Positions 50,135-59,817 of a DNA stretch of 64,000 nucleotides are shown here, piece after piece. The stretch comes from Microcoleus sp. Its GTDB lineage: Bacteria; Cyanobacteriota; Cyanobacteriia; Cyanobacteriales; Microcoleaceae. The stretch spans positions 160,001 through 224,000 of the forward strand of contig JAYFMW010000028.1 of assembly GCA_042408215.1 (NCBI GenBank), given 5' to 3'. The stretch's first letter is position 1. Each line of letters starts with the position of its first letter. Both the position numbers and the translations under genes were made by a program. The notes under the pieces are model-generated. The model made no database searches and had not been told where the DNA came from. It saw only the letters and a program-made list of their open reading frames with translations.

Positions 50135-52285
50135 GTGATGGGATTATTTGATTTTGTTTCTTTTAAGTTGCGTCGCAAGTTTCTGGATGGGTTTTTCCTG
50201 TTTTTACTTGTTCTCGTGACAATCGCAGTATCGTCTATCTATGTCTCTAGCGAACATACTTTTTATTGGTGGGATTACGCTGGTTACAACAGCGCTACAG
50301 TCAGTATAGCAAATTTATTTCGGGAATCGCCAGACCAAGCGATACATGAAGTTATAGAATCGCTTGCTAAGGAAAAAAATCTGTTAATTTCGCTGCCTTT
50401 GGTGCCGTTTATTCTATTATTTGGCGATTCTCGCTTGAGTTACATTCTCAGTGTATCACTGATTTATGTAGTGCCATTTCGCTTGTTGTTGGGGGCAATT
50501 TCTGCTAAATTAATTCCTGTTTATCCCCGCCTGGTGTTTTGGTCAACTGTGTTGCTGAGTTTATTCATTCCGATGAGTTGGATTCCGACTCTGCGGGGAT
50601 ATCTCGATACTGGCGGCTGTTTGTTTGTAGGGTTGGCAATTTTAGTTTATTTGCAGGATGTTAAGCTTAAATATTGGTGGCAAATTCTGTTAATTGGCTT
50701 TTCGCTGGCTGTGGCGATTTTGTGGCGGCGACATTTTGCTTATAGTGCGATCGCATTTTTTGGTGCTGCTATTTTCCAGTATTTAATCGAGTTTGTTGCA
50801 GAATACAAAGCTATTAAAAATACAGCTTGGATAAATTTGTTGAAATCTGGTGTAAAATTGAGTGTGATAGCAGCAACTAGCTTGGCTGTTTTAATGCTGG
50901 TGGCGGGAGATTTTACTCGCAGCGCTGTGACGGTTGATTATCGCAATTTGTATGCGGCTTGGAGTTTGCCTGTTAATCATATTTTAACTCGTTATGCCGA
51001 TTTTTACGGTTTGGGAACTTGGCTGCTAGTAGCTATCGGTTTTTCGGCGGGAATTCTCACTCGGATGCTGGTGTCAGAGGCTACTATTTTTGTTTCGCTA
51101 TTTGGGATTTTGTCGCTGATTGAATGGCTGTTGGTCTTGCGTTATGGCTATTTGCACTATACAATACACATAACGCCGATCGCACTTTTAGGACTGTCGG
51201 CATTTTTCTGGACAACTTGGCTGACACGACCGGGGAAAATCCGCTATTTGATGCTGGGTGTGGCGGGTTTTTATCTGATTGCGAACGCGGTTTTGGGGTT
51301 GATTCCTGTAAAATTGGGTTTGTCAAGGCTGTTTGTGGCTAATTTTCCGCCGTTAGTGCGATCGGACTACGGTGAAGTGGTAAAATTAGTAGAGTTTCTG
51401 AGAAAAATAGCACCGAATCAAGAACCGATTTATATTGCCGGCGCTTCTAATAATTTTAATGCTAATATCCTCCGACAAGCTAACCGCAAATTAAATCCTC
51501 CCGAAGGTTGGTGGAAATTAAACACCATTGGTAGGCCACAAATTGACTCTCGCGATACTTACCCGCTACCGGAATTATTAATGTCGCAATATGTGGTAGT
51601 TGCTACGCCTTTTCAGCAGGTGTTGCTGAGTGATGAACAGGTTTTGCGTCCGGGGGAACAAGATGTTGTTAAAGTTGTGTATGATGCTTTTACTCAAAAT
51701 TGGGAAATTTCCCGTGATTTTCAGCTTTTACCCGAACAGTTTCAGCTAGAAAATGGTGTCACAGTCAGAGTTTATCGGAGAATGCGCCCAAGTGCGATCG
51801 CCACAGCCATCAAAACTCTGGATGCGATGCAGAAACAAATAGCCGAGAAGCCGGGGACTCAATTAGATTGGATTAGCTTAAATCAGTCAGTTTACACAAG
51901 TCCTAATTATTCCCTTAGCAAAGCATCGAATCACTTATATAATATTGTAACTCATCCCATTAAAAACACCAAGCAACTCGATACATCTTTTCTATATTTA
52001 GGTTCCCTATCCGAAAAAGTCAAAATTACCGGCAACCTCAATTTACCTAACAAACAATGTGAGGGAATTTCCCTGCGGTTGACTTTGTGGAACAATCAAG
52101 GTAAATTAATCAACTCAGCCGAAACAGCTTATAATCCGGCGACTTCCCCCAAATTAAATCTATTACTTGAGGGAAAAACTCCAACTTATTTACTCCTTGA
52201 GGTATTGAGTACCAATAAACAAGATTTAACCAACCAATGTCAACTGGAAATTAAAAATTTAGCCATATCAACTCAAAAAAGTTGA
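50135..52285 (+). CDS. Polytopic membrane protein, probable GT-C glycosyltransferase
   Basis: Early loop FYWWDYAGY, more than 10 TM helices, large soluble C-terminal domain; function inferred. Confidence 0.6.
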   Translation: MMGLFDFVSFKLRRKFLDGFFLFLLVLVTIAVSSIYVSSEHTFYWWDYAGYNSATVSIANLFRESPDQAIHEVIESLAKEKNLLISLPLVPFILLFGDSRLSYILSVSLIYVVPFRLLLGAISAKLIPVYPRLVFWSTVLLSLFIPMSWIPTLRGYLDTGGCLFVGLAILVYLQDVKLKYWWQILLIGFSLAVAILWRRHFAYSAIAFFGAAIFQYLIEFVAEYKAIKNTAWINLLKSGVKLSVIAATSLAVLMLVAGDFTRSAVTVDYRNLYAAWSLPVNHILTRYADFYGLGTWLLVAIGFSAGILTRMLVSEATIFVSLFGILSLIEWLLVLRYGYLHYTIHITPIALLGLSAFFWTTWLTRPGKIRYLMLGVAGFYLIANAVLGLIPVKLGLSRLFVANFPPLVRSDYGEVVKLVEFLRKIAPNQEPIYIAGASNNFNANILRQANRKLNPPEGWWKLNTIGRPQIDSRDTYPLPELLMSQYVVVATPFQQVLLSDEQVLRPGEQDVVKVVYDAFTQNWEISRDFQLLPEQFQLENGVTVRVYRRMRPSAIATAIKTLDAMQKQIAEKPGTQLDWISLNQSVYTSPNYSLSKASNHLYNIVTHPIKNTKQLDTSFLYLGSLSEKVKITGNLNLPNKQCEGISLRLTLWNNQGKLINSAETAYNPATSPKLNLLLEGKTPTYLLLEVLSTNKQDLTNQCQLEIKNLAISTQKS

Positions 52286-52292
52286 ACCGTCA

Positions 52293-54140
52293 ATGCAAAA
52301 AAATCAAAAATCTGACTGGTATTTTAACTTATCCATCTATACCTTTGTCATCATCGGTTCGTTGATAGCAGTAGGGTATAAATTCCCCATAGGAGGCAAC
52401 TTTCCCGAATTGCCACAAATCCAACATCTCCTAAATCCTGAACTATATAAAAATGACTATCATGTTCAGGAAATGGTTAAATTTAATCCGAGATACTACT
52501 ATTATTATATCATTTATTTCTTGGCAAACTTAGGGTTAAGTATTCCCTTAGTGCATTTTATTTATCAATTCCTAGCTTTTGGTTCAGTTATCCTAGCTTG
52601 TTATGCCATTATCAACATATATACTAATGCAAAACTGCCAGCAGCAGCCATGACTTTCTTATGTTTAGCATCCTCATTTACAGATGTTGGTAACACGCTG
52701 ATATTTTCCACCAAATCAGTACCCAGCACCTTCGCGATGGCCTTCGCAATCTGGGGGATTTACTTTAGTTTACGTCAGAAATGGCTGACAGGATATTTCT
52801 TTTTTGGATTAGCTTGTTTGTTGCAATTTTTAGTGGGTTTATTACCAGGGTTAATGATGATGCCGGTGTTAATTATTGAATCGGTAAAACAGCGAAGGTT
52901 CAAAAACGTAATTTTGGCGATCGCACTTTTAGCAGCAATGGCAAGTATCGTTTATTTACCGATGTTGCTAACAGGTACTACCGGCACTCACACTATGAAC
53001 AATGCCGAGTTTGTATACATTCACGCAAGAATACGCAATCCTCACCACATCCTCCCCTCAAATTGGAATGTCGGCAACAATTGGTTAAACTTTATATCTT
53101 TGATAATTGGTGGCTTGCTTTGCATCAAAAATGCCGATTTACTGCGAAAAGAAGACAAAATTAACTTTTCTATAATTATTGGTACATCAATTTTGGCGCT
53201 GCTGCTGAATTACCTATTTGTCGAAGTTTACCCAGTGGCTTTGATTGCCAAACTCCAGTTAGCTAGAACCGTACCTTTTGCTCAAATAATTATATTTATC
53301 GCTATCAGTTTGCTAGTCGATCGACTTTACCAACAAAAACAAATAGCTATTAGTATTTTACTGTTAATTATCCTCACTTTATCCAACCGAGGTATTTTAT
53401 TCTTAGCCTTATTTATATTTTTATCAATTTGCCAAACCCCAAAATATACACTTCCCAAACGCTACACTATTTTGCCCTGGATTTTCACCGCAGTCACATT
53501 AACTTTCAGCTCGATCTATCCGCTGACTAATTCAGGAGAAATAATAGGCGATCGCCTAATTAGCATACCAGTCCTTTTCTCAATTCTAGCCTTTCCATTC
53601 ATCTTAGAAAAAACATCAATTTCTACACCAATAAAACAGATTTTCACCAATCTATTAGCTTTGCTAACTACCAGCATCTTAGTTTTGGGAATAGCAGGAA
53701 TTCTCCCCAAACCAATGTTAGATATATTTCAAACAAGAGTTAATATAAATGCCATTCCCAGCGACGACTTAAACCAATTAGCTTTACGCTTTTCCCAAAT
53801 TAGCAATCAAGATGCACTGGTATTAATTCCCCCCTCAGTCACCAGTTTTCAATACTTTTCACAAAGAGCAATTGTAGTCAACTTCAAGAACTTTCCCTTA
53901 ACAGAAAAAGGCATCAAAGAATGGCAAAATCGCATGGAAGCTGTGTTAGGAGTCCCCTTAAATCCGCAAATGATTTGGGGAGGAAATGACTTATTCAGCC
54001 GCCGCAACAGTGCCGATTTAGTCGAAGTAGCCCGAAAATATCATGCAGATTATATCCTAACTCGTACTGACTGGCATCCAAATATTCAAGCAAAAATCGC
54101 CGACAAACAAGGCAAATGGATACTCTACAAAATTAGGTAA
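52293..54140 (+). CDS. Polytopic membrane protein (DUF6798-like), possible GT-C glycosyltransferase
   Basis: NPELY.ND, R.PHH.LP and F...SQRA.VVNFK..P.....I.EW..R motifs. Confidence 0.6.
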   Translation: MQKNQKSDWYFNLSIYTFVIIGSLIAVGYKFPIGGNFPELPQIQHLLNPELYKNDYHVQEMVKFNPRYYYYYIIYFLANLGLSIPLVHFIYQFLAFGSVILACYAIINIYTNAKLPAAAMTFLCLASSFTDVGNTLIFSTKSVPSTFAMAFAIWGIYFSLRQKWLTGYFFFGLACLLQFLVGLLPGLMMMPVLIIESVKQRRFKNVILAIALLAAMASIVYLPMLLTGTTGTHTMNNAEFVYIHARIRNPHHILPSNWNVGNNWLNFISLIIGGLLCIKNADLLRKEDKINFSIIIGTSILALLLNYLFVEVYPVALIAKLQLARTVPFAQIIIFIAISLLVDRLYQQKQIAISILLLIILTLSNRGILFLALFIFLSICQTPKYTLPKRYTILPWIFTAVTLTFSSIYPLTNSGEIIGDRLISIPVLFSILAFPFILEKTSISTPIKQIFTNLLALLTTSILVLGIAGILPKPMLDIFQTRVNINAIPSDDLNQLALRFSQISNQDALVLIPPSVTSFQYFSQRAIVVNFKNFPLTEKGIKEWQNRMEAVLGVPLNPQMIWGGNDLFSRRNSADLVEVARKYHADYILTRTDWHPNIQAKIADKQGKWILYKIR

Positions 54141-54192
54141 TTGGGAATGGGGAATGGGGAATGGGGAATGGGGAATTGGGCATTGGTTTTAT

Positions 54193-54542
54193 ATCCGTTA
54201 AATCCGTTACAAAATCCGTTGCCAAACATCCGTTAAATCCGTTACAAAATCCGTTGCCAAACATCCGTTAAATCCGTTACAAAATCCGTTGCCAAACATC
54301 CGTTAAATCCGTTACAAAATCCGTTGCCAAACATCCGTTAAATCCGTTACAAAATCCGTTGCCAAACATCCGTTAAATCCGTTACAAAATCCGTTGCCAA
54401 ACATCCGTTAAATCCGTTACAAAATCCGTTGCCAAACATCCGTTAAATCCGTTACAAAATCCGTTGCCAAACATCCGTTAAATCCGTTACAAAATCCGTT
54501 GCCAAACATCCGTTAAATCCGTTACAAAATCCGTTGCCGAAC
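54193..54542. repeat. Tandem array, 10 x 35 bp
   Basis: Unit ATCCGTTAAATCCGTTACAAAATCCGTTGCCAAAC; a related short copy is at 12018-12050. Confidence 0.95.
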
Positions 54543-54551
54543 CTTCTTCCT

Positions 54552-55526
54552 TCAAACATCAACATCAGAATCATCAATAATTTCACAAATCTGCTTATCC
54601 ACATAATCAGCATCCACATTCCGCGCCATCAACTCCGCCAAAATCCCCAAAGAAATCAACTGTACCGACAGAATTGTACACAAAATCCCAAAAAATAACA
54701 AAGGTCGATTCCCGATCGGACCCAAATTCATCCCTCCTAAATTCAAAAACCAGATAACTATCAAATAACTCAGCGAAACAGTCCCAACCAAGCCAAAAAA
54801 TAACCCCAAACCTCCAAACAAATGACCCGGTTTGTGCAAATAATGCGTCGTCGCCAACACCGTCAACAAGTCAATAAAACCCCGCGCATAACGTTCCCAA
54901 CCATAATTAGATTTACCATGCTTTCGCGAATGGTGCTCGACAACTACTTCCCCAATTCTAAAACCTAAATTGTTGGCTAAAGCTGGAATATAACGGTGCA
55001 ATTCCCCGTACAATTTAATAGATGCTAAAACTTCCCGGCGATAAGCTTTAAAACCACAATTCATATCGTGCATTTGTACGCCAGTCAGCCAACACGCAAC
55101 TGCATTAAACAGCTTGGAAGGTAAAGTTTTAGAAATTGGGTCATTCCGCTGTTTTCGCCAACCGGAAACTAAATCAAATCCCGATTCTAAATGGTCTAAA
55201 AATTTGGGAATTTCGGCCGGGTCGTCCTGAAGGTCGGCATCGAGAGTAAAGATAATTCTCCCTGCTGCATTGCGAAATCCTGCGGCAAGGGCGGCTGATT
55301 TGCCGAAGTTTCTACGCAGTTTAATGGCTTTAATTAGTTTGGGATTTTTATTGGATAAATCTAGGATTTCTCGCCAAGAATAATCGCGGCTACCGTCGTC
55401 TATGAAAATTACTTCGTAATTGTCAATTTCTGTTTGGGACATGACTATTTGAATTTTTTCAAATAGCATTTTTAGGGTGGCTTCTTCGTTGTGAACGGGG
55501 ATTACGAAGCTGATGTGTTTTTGCAT
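54552..55526 (-). CDS. Glycosyltransferase family 2, ArnC/GtrB-like polyprenol-phosphate glycosyltransferase
   Basis: VIPVHNEE, IDDGSRD, RNFGKSAAL, LDADLQDDP, HDMNCGFK and GELHRYIP motifs; two C-terminal TM helices. Confidence 0.92.
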   Translation of the reverse strand: MQKHISFVIPVHNEEATLKMLFEKIQIVMSQTEIDNYEVIFIDDGSRDYSWREILDLSNKNPKLIKAIKLRRNFGKSAALAAGFRNAAGRIIFTLDADLQDDPAEIPKFLDHLESGFDLVSGWRKQRNDPISKTLPSKLFNAVACWLTGVQMHDMNCGFKAYRREVLASIKLYGELHRYIPALANNLGFRIGEVVVEHHSRKHGKSNYGWERYARGFIDLLTVLATTHYLHKPGHLFGGLGLFFGLVGTVSLSYLIVIWFLNLGGMNLGPIGNRPLLFFGILCTILSVQLISLGILAELMARNVDADYVDKQICEIIDDSDVDV

Positions 55527-55610
55527 GGGGCTATTCTAGATTTTTTTTTGAACCGCAGAGGGCGCAGAGGGCGCAGAGGGGAGAAAGCAGAGGGGTTGTT
55601 ATCTAATTTT

Positions 55611-57371
55611 TTAGTTGTTTTTGATAACTTGGGAATTTCGCATGGCTACCCAGCCTTGGCGGTTTTTGAATGAGGCGTAGGCTGTTAATAGTTGATCTTT
55701 TGGTGATGTTTGAATGTATCCTCTCCAAGCTGCGAATTTGTAGGCTGGCCCAAATAAGTTTACTAAATCTGGACGGGGAAATCCTGATATGGCGAAACCT
55801 CGAACGACATTTTCTTGATTGAGAATGGCTATACATTTTACATTGTTTTCGGGGTCTCCTACCCAGCCAATTACTCTGGCGGCTGTGGGTGCGAGTTTTG
55901 TGACTATATCGAAATATCCTGGTACTCCGTCTTTGGGGGCTGATAGTAAGTTTGAGTCGATTTTTGTATCTAATTCTGCACAGAAATTATGCTTTTTGAT
56001 GTTTCGATTAAATGGTACTAAATTGTTAGTTTGTAAGGCATCTATTAACCCTACGAAAGCGGCCGGTCTGTTGCCTACTTTTTCTTTAATTAAGGTCACG
56101 TCGGTGATGCCTAATTGCAATGATAATGCTACTAATGGTTGATAGGTTGCTCTGCGGGCGATCGCACTTGCTGTTTCGCCTCCCACGCCGTACATTAAAA
56201 CGATCGCAATTGTGGCGATTCCTAACAGCGGTGTCAGCCAACTTCTTTGCATTCTTGGTATTGGCTGCAACTGCCGCACGCACAATACTGTCAGCACAAT
56301 TGTGCTCATCCAAAACAGTGCTGGGAGTGTGGCGTAGCGGGAAGCTGTGGCCTGTTCGACTCCAAATCCCGAGCGACTAACGGCGGCCATTAATGCCGTT
56401 TGCAGGGTGTAAATCTGGATTGATAGCCAAGGCAGCCAATCCGTGCGATCGCTCTTTTTTGCAAACAACCAATAACCCACAAAACCTGTTACTGCTATCA
56501 AACCAATTATACCAATAATTGATGCAATAATAATATTATTGCTAAATATTCCGCCTAAATAAGTGGGAATATATTCGAGAGTTTTGAGCGGGTGAATTTT
56601 GGTTAAAGAAGGATGATGGGCGGGAGTTTTATAAGTTAAAAAATAAGTGCTAATCACTGCAATAGAAACAGCAAAATACAAGTAAGTAACTCGGCGGGGA
56701 AACCGCAGCACAACCGCCGCAGCACACAATATCGGCCACAAAGCTAAAGGAGTGCTGTAACTCATACAACCTAAAATCCCAAAAATAATGCTACCAATTA
56801 CCCAACCATCCCCTAGGGGCGGTGCCCCTGTGCCCGCCCCCGCCGTACCCGCAACAGTCGCATAGGATTGCAGACAAAATATCGAACAAATTACAAATAA
56901 ATTAGCAATTATCCAGTGAACACCGCTAAATCCCCGCATCCAATTGTGCGCCGCAGCCGGAGTAAAATTAAAAATAGAAATAGCAACTACAACTAAGATA
57001 AATTGCAGCGTAAAACGATTCAGTTTTAACGGCAGCAAAGCAATTAATACGTGGCACTGAATCAAAGCCAAAAACCAGGCAACTACACACAAACCAATAT
57101 TTGAACCTTGAGTTATGACTATATTCAAGGCATAGATAATGGCCGGAATCAAGACAAAATGCTCGTTCGCCCGAAATATCCAATTAAAAGGATTGGTAGA
57201 GAAACCGTCTACTGAATAGAAATTCCAAGTCATCCACCAATAGTCAAAATTAGACAAGTCTCCAGCTTGCGATATCAGGTACAAAATATAGGAGGCTGGT
57301 ATCAAAATGCCGACAACTGATCCGGCGATTAAAACATATTCTGACTTGACTTTCATTGGATTCGTAAACAC
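55611..57371 (-). CDS. Polytopic membrane protein, probable GT-C glycosyltransferase
   Basis: DYWW...NEH, many TM helices, SR..FG..QA..SRY and C-terminal GYFD..GW; similar to 61931..63661. Confidence 0.6.
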   Translation of the reverse strand: MFTNPMKVKSEYVLIAGSVVGILIPASYILYLISQAGDLSNFDYWWMTWNFYSVDGFSTNPFNWIFRANEHFVLIPAIIYALNIVITQGSNIGLCVVAWFLALIQCHVLIALLPLKLNRFTLQFILVVVAISIFNFTPAAAHNWMRGFSGVHWIIANLFVICSIFCLQSYATVAGTAGAGTGAPPLGDGWVIGSIIFGILGCMSYSTPLALWPILCAAAVVLRFPRRVTYLYFAVSIAVISTYFLTYKTPAHHPSLTKIHPLKTLEYIPTYLGGIFSNNIIIASIIGIIGLIAVTGFVGYWLFAKKSDRTDWLPWLSIQIYTLQTALMAAVSRSGFGVEQATASRYATLPALFWMSTIVLTVLCVRQLQPIPRMQRSWLTPLLGIATIAIVLMYGVGGETASAIARRATYQPLVALSLQLGITDVTLIKEKVGNRPAAFVGLIDALQTNNLVPFNRNIKKHNFCAELDTKIDSNLLSAPKDGVPGYFDIVTKLAPTAARVIGWVGDPENNVKCIAILNQENVVRGFAISGFPRPDLVNLFGPAYKFAAWRGYIQTSPKDQLLTAYASFKNRQGWVAMRNSQVIKNN

Positions 57372-57572
57372 AAATATTTGGATTAGTAGGGGCGGGTTTT
57401 ACCAACAATCTCAGCCTAATACCAATAATCTAGTAAACCCGCCCCCACCCAACGGTAAATTGAAATGTACCTCTTTCAAGATACAAGGGGCGGGCTTCGC
57501 ATTAATTATTTGCATATCGCAAATAAATCTTGAACCAAACCAGCCCTAACTTTTTGAGTTTTACTCAATTTT

Positions 57573-58445
57573 TCATTGGACTTCTCTGGCTAGCATTTGC
57601 CTGAGTCCTTGCCGCCAGTGGGGAGGATGCGTACCCAAAAGTGCTGATATTTTTACCGATGAAAGTACAGAAAAAGCAGGGCGTTTTGCTGGTGTGGGAT
57701 ATTCGGAGGTGGTGATAGGAACCACGCGCTTAACTTTCAGGGGAAAACCGAGTTTTTCTGCTTCTTCAAAAATGGCGATCGCAAAATCGTACCAACTACA
57801 AACGCCGCTGTTCGTATATTGGTAAGTCCCGAAAATTTCTGGCTGAATGCGAGGAATTATCTGCGATATCGCCGCAGCTAAATCCCCCGTCCAAGTAGGG
57901 CTTCCCACTTGATCCGCCACTACCCGAATCTCTTCCCTTTCCTTTCCCAACCTCAGCATAGTTTTGACAAAATTGCCTTTGCCTCCGTTGCCATAAACCC
58001 AGGCTGTTCTGATAATAATGTGCCGATTTCCTGCTTGCCGAATTGCCTCTTCGCCCATCAATTTTGACTTGCCGTAAGTTCCCAGCGGGTTCGTAGAATC
58101 TGTTTCTAGATAAGGAGAACCCTGGCTACCGTCGAATACATAATCTGTGGAAATATGAATCAATGTCGATCGCAGTTTTTCGCATTCTTCTGCAAGGATT
58201 CCGGGGGCAATTCCGTTGACAGCCTGTGCTAATTCTGGTTCGATTTCTGCTTTGTCTACAGCAGTGTAAGCACCCGCATTGACAACTAAATCCGGTTGAA
58301 TTTCAGCCATTGCTTGACGGATACTTTCGGGTTTGGATAAATCGAGACTTGTGCGATCGACTGCAATTAACTCTCCCGAAGATAATAAAATTGGCTGCAA
58401 TTCTTGAGCGAGTTGTCCGCCGCTACCTGCGAGTAAAATTTTCAT
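57573..58445 (-). CDS. rfbD: dTDP-4-dehydrorhamnose reductase
   Basis: GSGGQL, AYTAVDKAE, HISTDYVFDG, YG.SK, DQ.GSPT and PAKRP motifs. Confidence 0.96.
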   Translation of the reverse strand: MKILLAGSGGQLAQELQPILLSSGELIAVDRTSLDLSKPESIRQAMAEIQPDLVVNAGAYTAVDKAEIEPELAQAVNGIAPGILAEECEKLRSTLIHISTDYVFDGSQGSPYLETDSTNPLGTYGKSKLMGEEAIRQAGNRHIIIRTAWVYGNGGKGNFVKTMLRLGKEREEIRVVADQVGSPTWTGDLAAAISQIIPRIQPEIFGTYQYTNSGVCSWYDFAIAIFEEAEKLGFPLKVKRVVPITTSEYPTPAKRPAFSVLSSVKISALLGTHPPHWRQGLRQMLAREVQ

Positions 58446-58448
58446 GAT

Positions 58449-59021
58449 CTAAAAAACTTGAGCTCTTTTCAATGTTTGTCCGGCTTTGTCTTTAGGTGAT
58501 AAAATTGGTTTCGCACCTTCTAGCGGCCAATCGATCGCCAAATCGGGGTCATTCCACAAGATACACCGCTCGTGACTCGGTGCATAGTAGTCTGTAGTTT
58601 TATACAAAACTTCAGCAGTCTCCGAAACCACTAAAAAACCGTGAGCAAATCCCGCCGGCACCCAAAGTTGCTGCTTATTTTGAGCACTCAGTAAACAGCC
58701 CACCCACTTTCCAAAAGTCGGCGAACTTTTTCTAATATCCACCGCCACATCAAAGATCTCGCCCGCAATTACCCGCAGCAATTTGCCTTGAGGCTGCTGC
58801 ATCTGGTAGTGCAAACCGCGCAGCACATTTTTAGACGATTTGGAATGATTGTCTTGAACAAACTCTGCCGTTACGCCTGTTTTTTCGACAAAAGCTTTGT
58901 GATTAAAACTCTCAAAAAAGAAACCGCGATCGTCTCCGAAAATTTTCGGCTCAATTATCAAAACTTCCGGTATTTCGGTAGATATAACGTTCATAGTTGG
59001 CTGCGAAAGTGATAAAGTCAT
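58449..59021 (-). CDS. rfbC: dTDP-4-dehydrorhamnose 3,5-epimerase
   Basis: FGDDRGFFFE, QDNHS.S...VLRGLHYQ, DVAVDIR and GFAHGF motifs. The start may be ATG 58994. Confidence 0.96.
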   Translation of the reverse strand: MTLSLSQPTMNVISTEIPEVLIIEPKIFGDDRGFFFESFNHKAFVEKTGVTAEFVQDNHSKSSKNVLRGLHYQMQQPQGKLLRVIAGEIFDVAVDIRKSSPTFGKWVGCLLSAQNKQQLWVPAGFAHGFLVVSETAEVLYKTTDYYAPSHERCILWNDPDLAIDWPLEGAKPILSPKDKAGQTLKRAQVF

Positions 59022-59043
59022 ACTTACTGAATACTATTTTACT

Positions 59044-59733
59044 ATGAAAGCCGACGCATATCTCAAAAAATTGTACGCCAATCGATTTGATTCCAGACAG
59101 ATGCAAGCTAAGGTAGTGCTTTGGAGGGTTTTAATTGACGATTTTTTACAAAAATATGTTCCTACTAAATCAGCGGTTTTAGATATTGGCGGCGGTTACT
59201 GCGAGTTTATCAATCAAATTCGAGCCGGAGAAAAATGCTTGATTGACCTCAATCCCGATTCAAAGTTATTTGCTAATCCTGATGTGAAAGTGCTGAATAT
59301 TGATGTTTTAAATTTTGGCGCTAGCCCAGCTTTTACCGAACATTTTGACAGGATATTTATCTCTAACTTTTTTGAACATCTCCGCAACAAAGAAGAACTA
59401 ATCCAAATTATATCATTTTGCTTTGAGGCACTCAAGCCAGGGGGTTCTCTCTTGGTGATCCAACCAAATTTTAAATACTCTTTCAAAGAGTATTACGATT
59501 TTATCGATCATCAATTACCGATTACACACTTATCGCTGCAAGAACTTTTACAAACCGTCGGCTTTGAAATCGACCTAATTATACCGAGATTTTTACCATT
59601 TTCGACAAAAGGCAGACCGGCATCGCCCTGGCTTTTAAAAGTTTACTTAAAATTGCCTTTTTTGTGGCGGTTTTTGGGAGGCCAAATGTTTGTTAAAGCA
59701 TCGAAACAAAAGAATGGAGGCAGAGCCTCCTGA
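59044..59733 (+). CDS. Class I SAM-dependent methyltransferase
   Basis: VLDIGGGYCEF, FD.IF.SNFFEH and LKPGG motifs. Confidence 0.9.
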   Translation: MKADAYLKKLYANRFDSRQMQAKVVLWRVLIDDFLQKYVPTKSAVLDIGGGYCEFINQIRAGEKCLIDLNPDSKLFANPDVKVLNIDVLNFGASPAFTEHFDRIFISNFFEHLRNKEELIQIISFCFEALKPGGSLLVIQPNFKYSFKEYYDFIDHQLPITHLSLQELLQTVGFEIDLIIPRFLPFSTKGRPASPWLLKVYLKLPFLWRFLGGQMFVKASKQKNGGRAS

Positions 59734-59817
59734 CAGGCATTCCCAGTCAGATCCAGGCGAGCGATACATCTGCGTTTATCCGCGTTTATCCGCCTGCATC
59801 TGCGGTTAAAAAAATCC

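Noticed and set aside
54193..54542. 35 bp CRISPR-length repeat ending in AAAC
   Set aside because: Copies are directly adjacent with no spacers.
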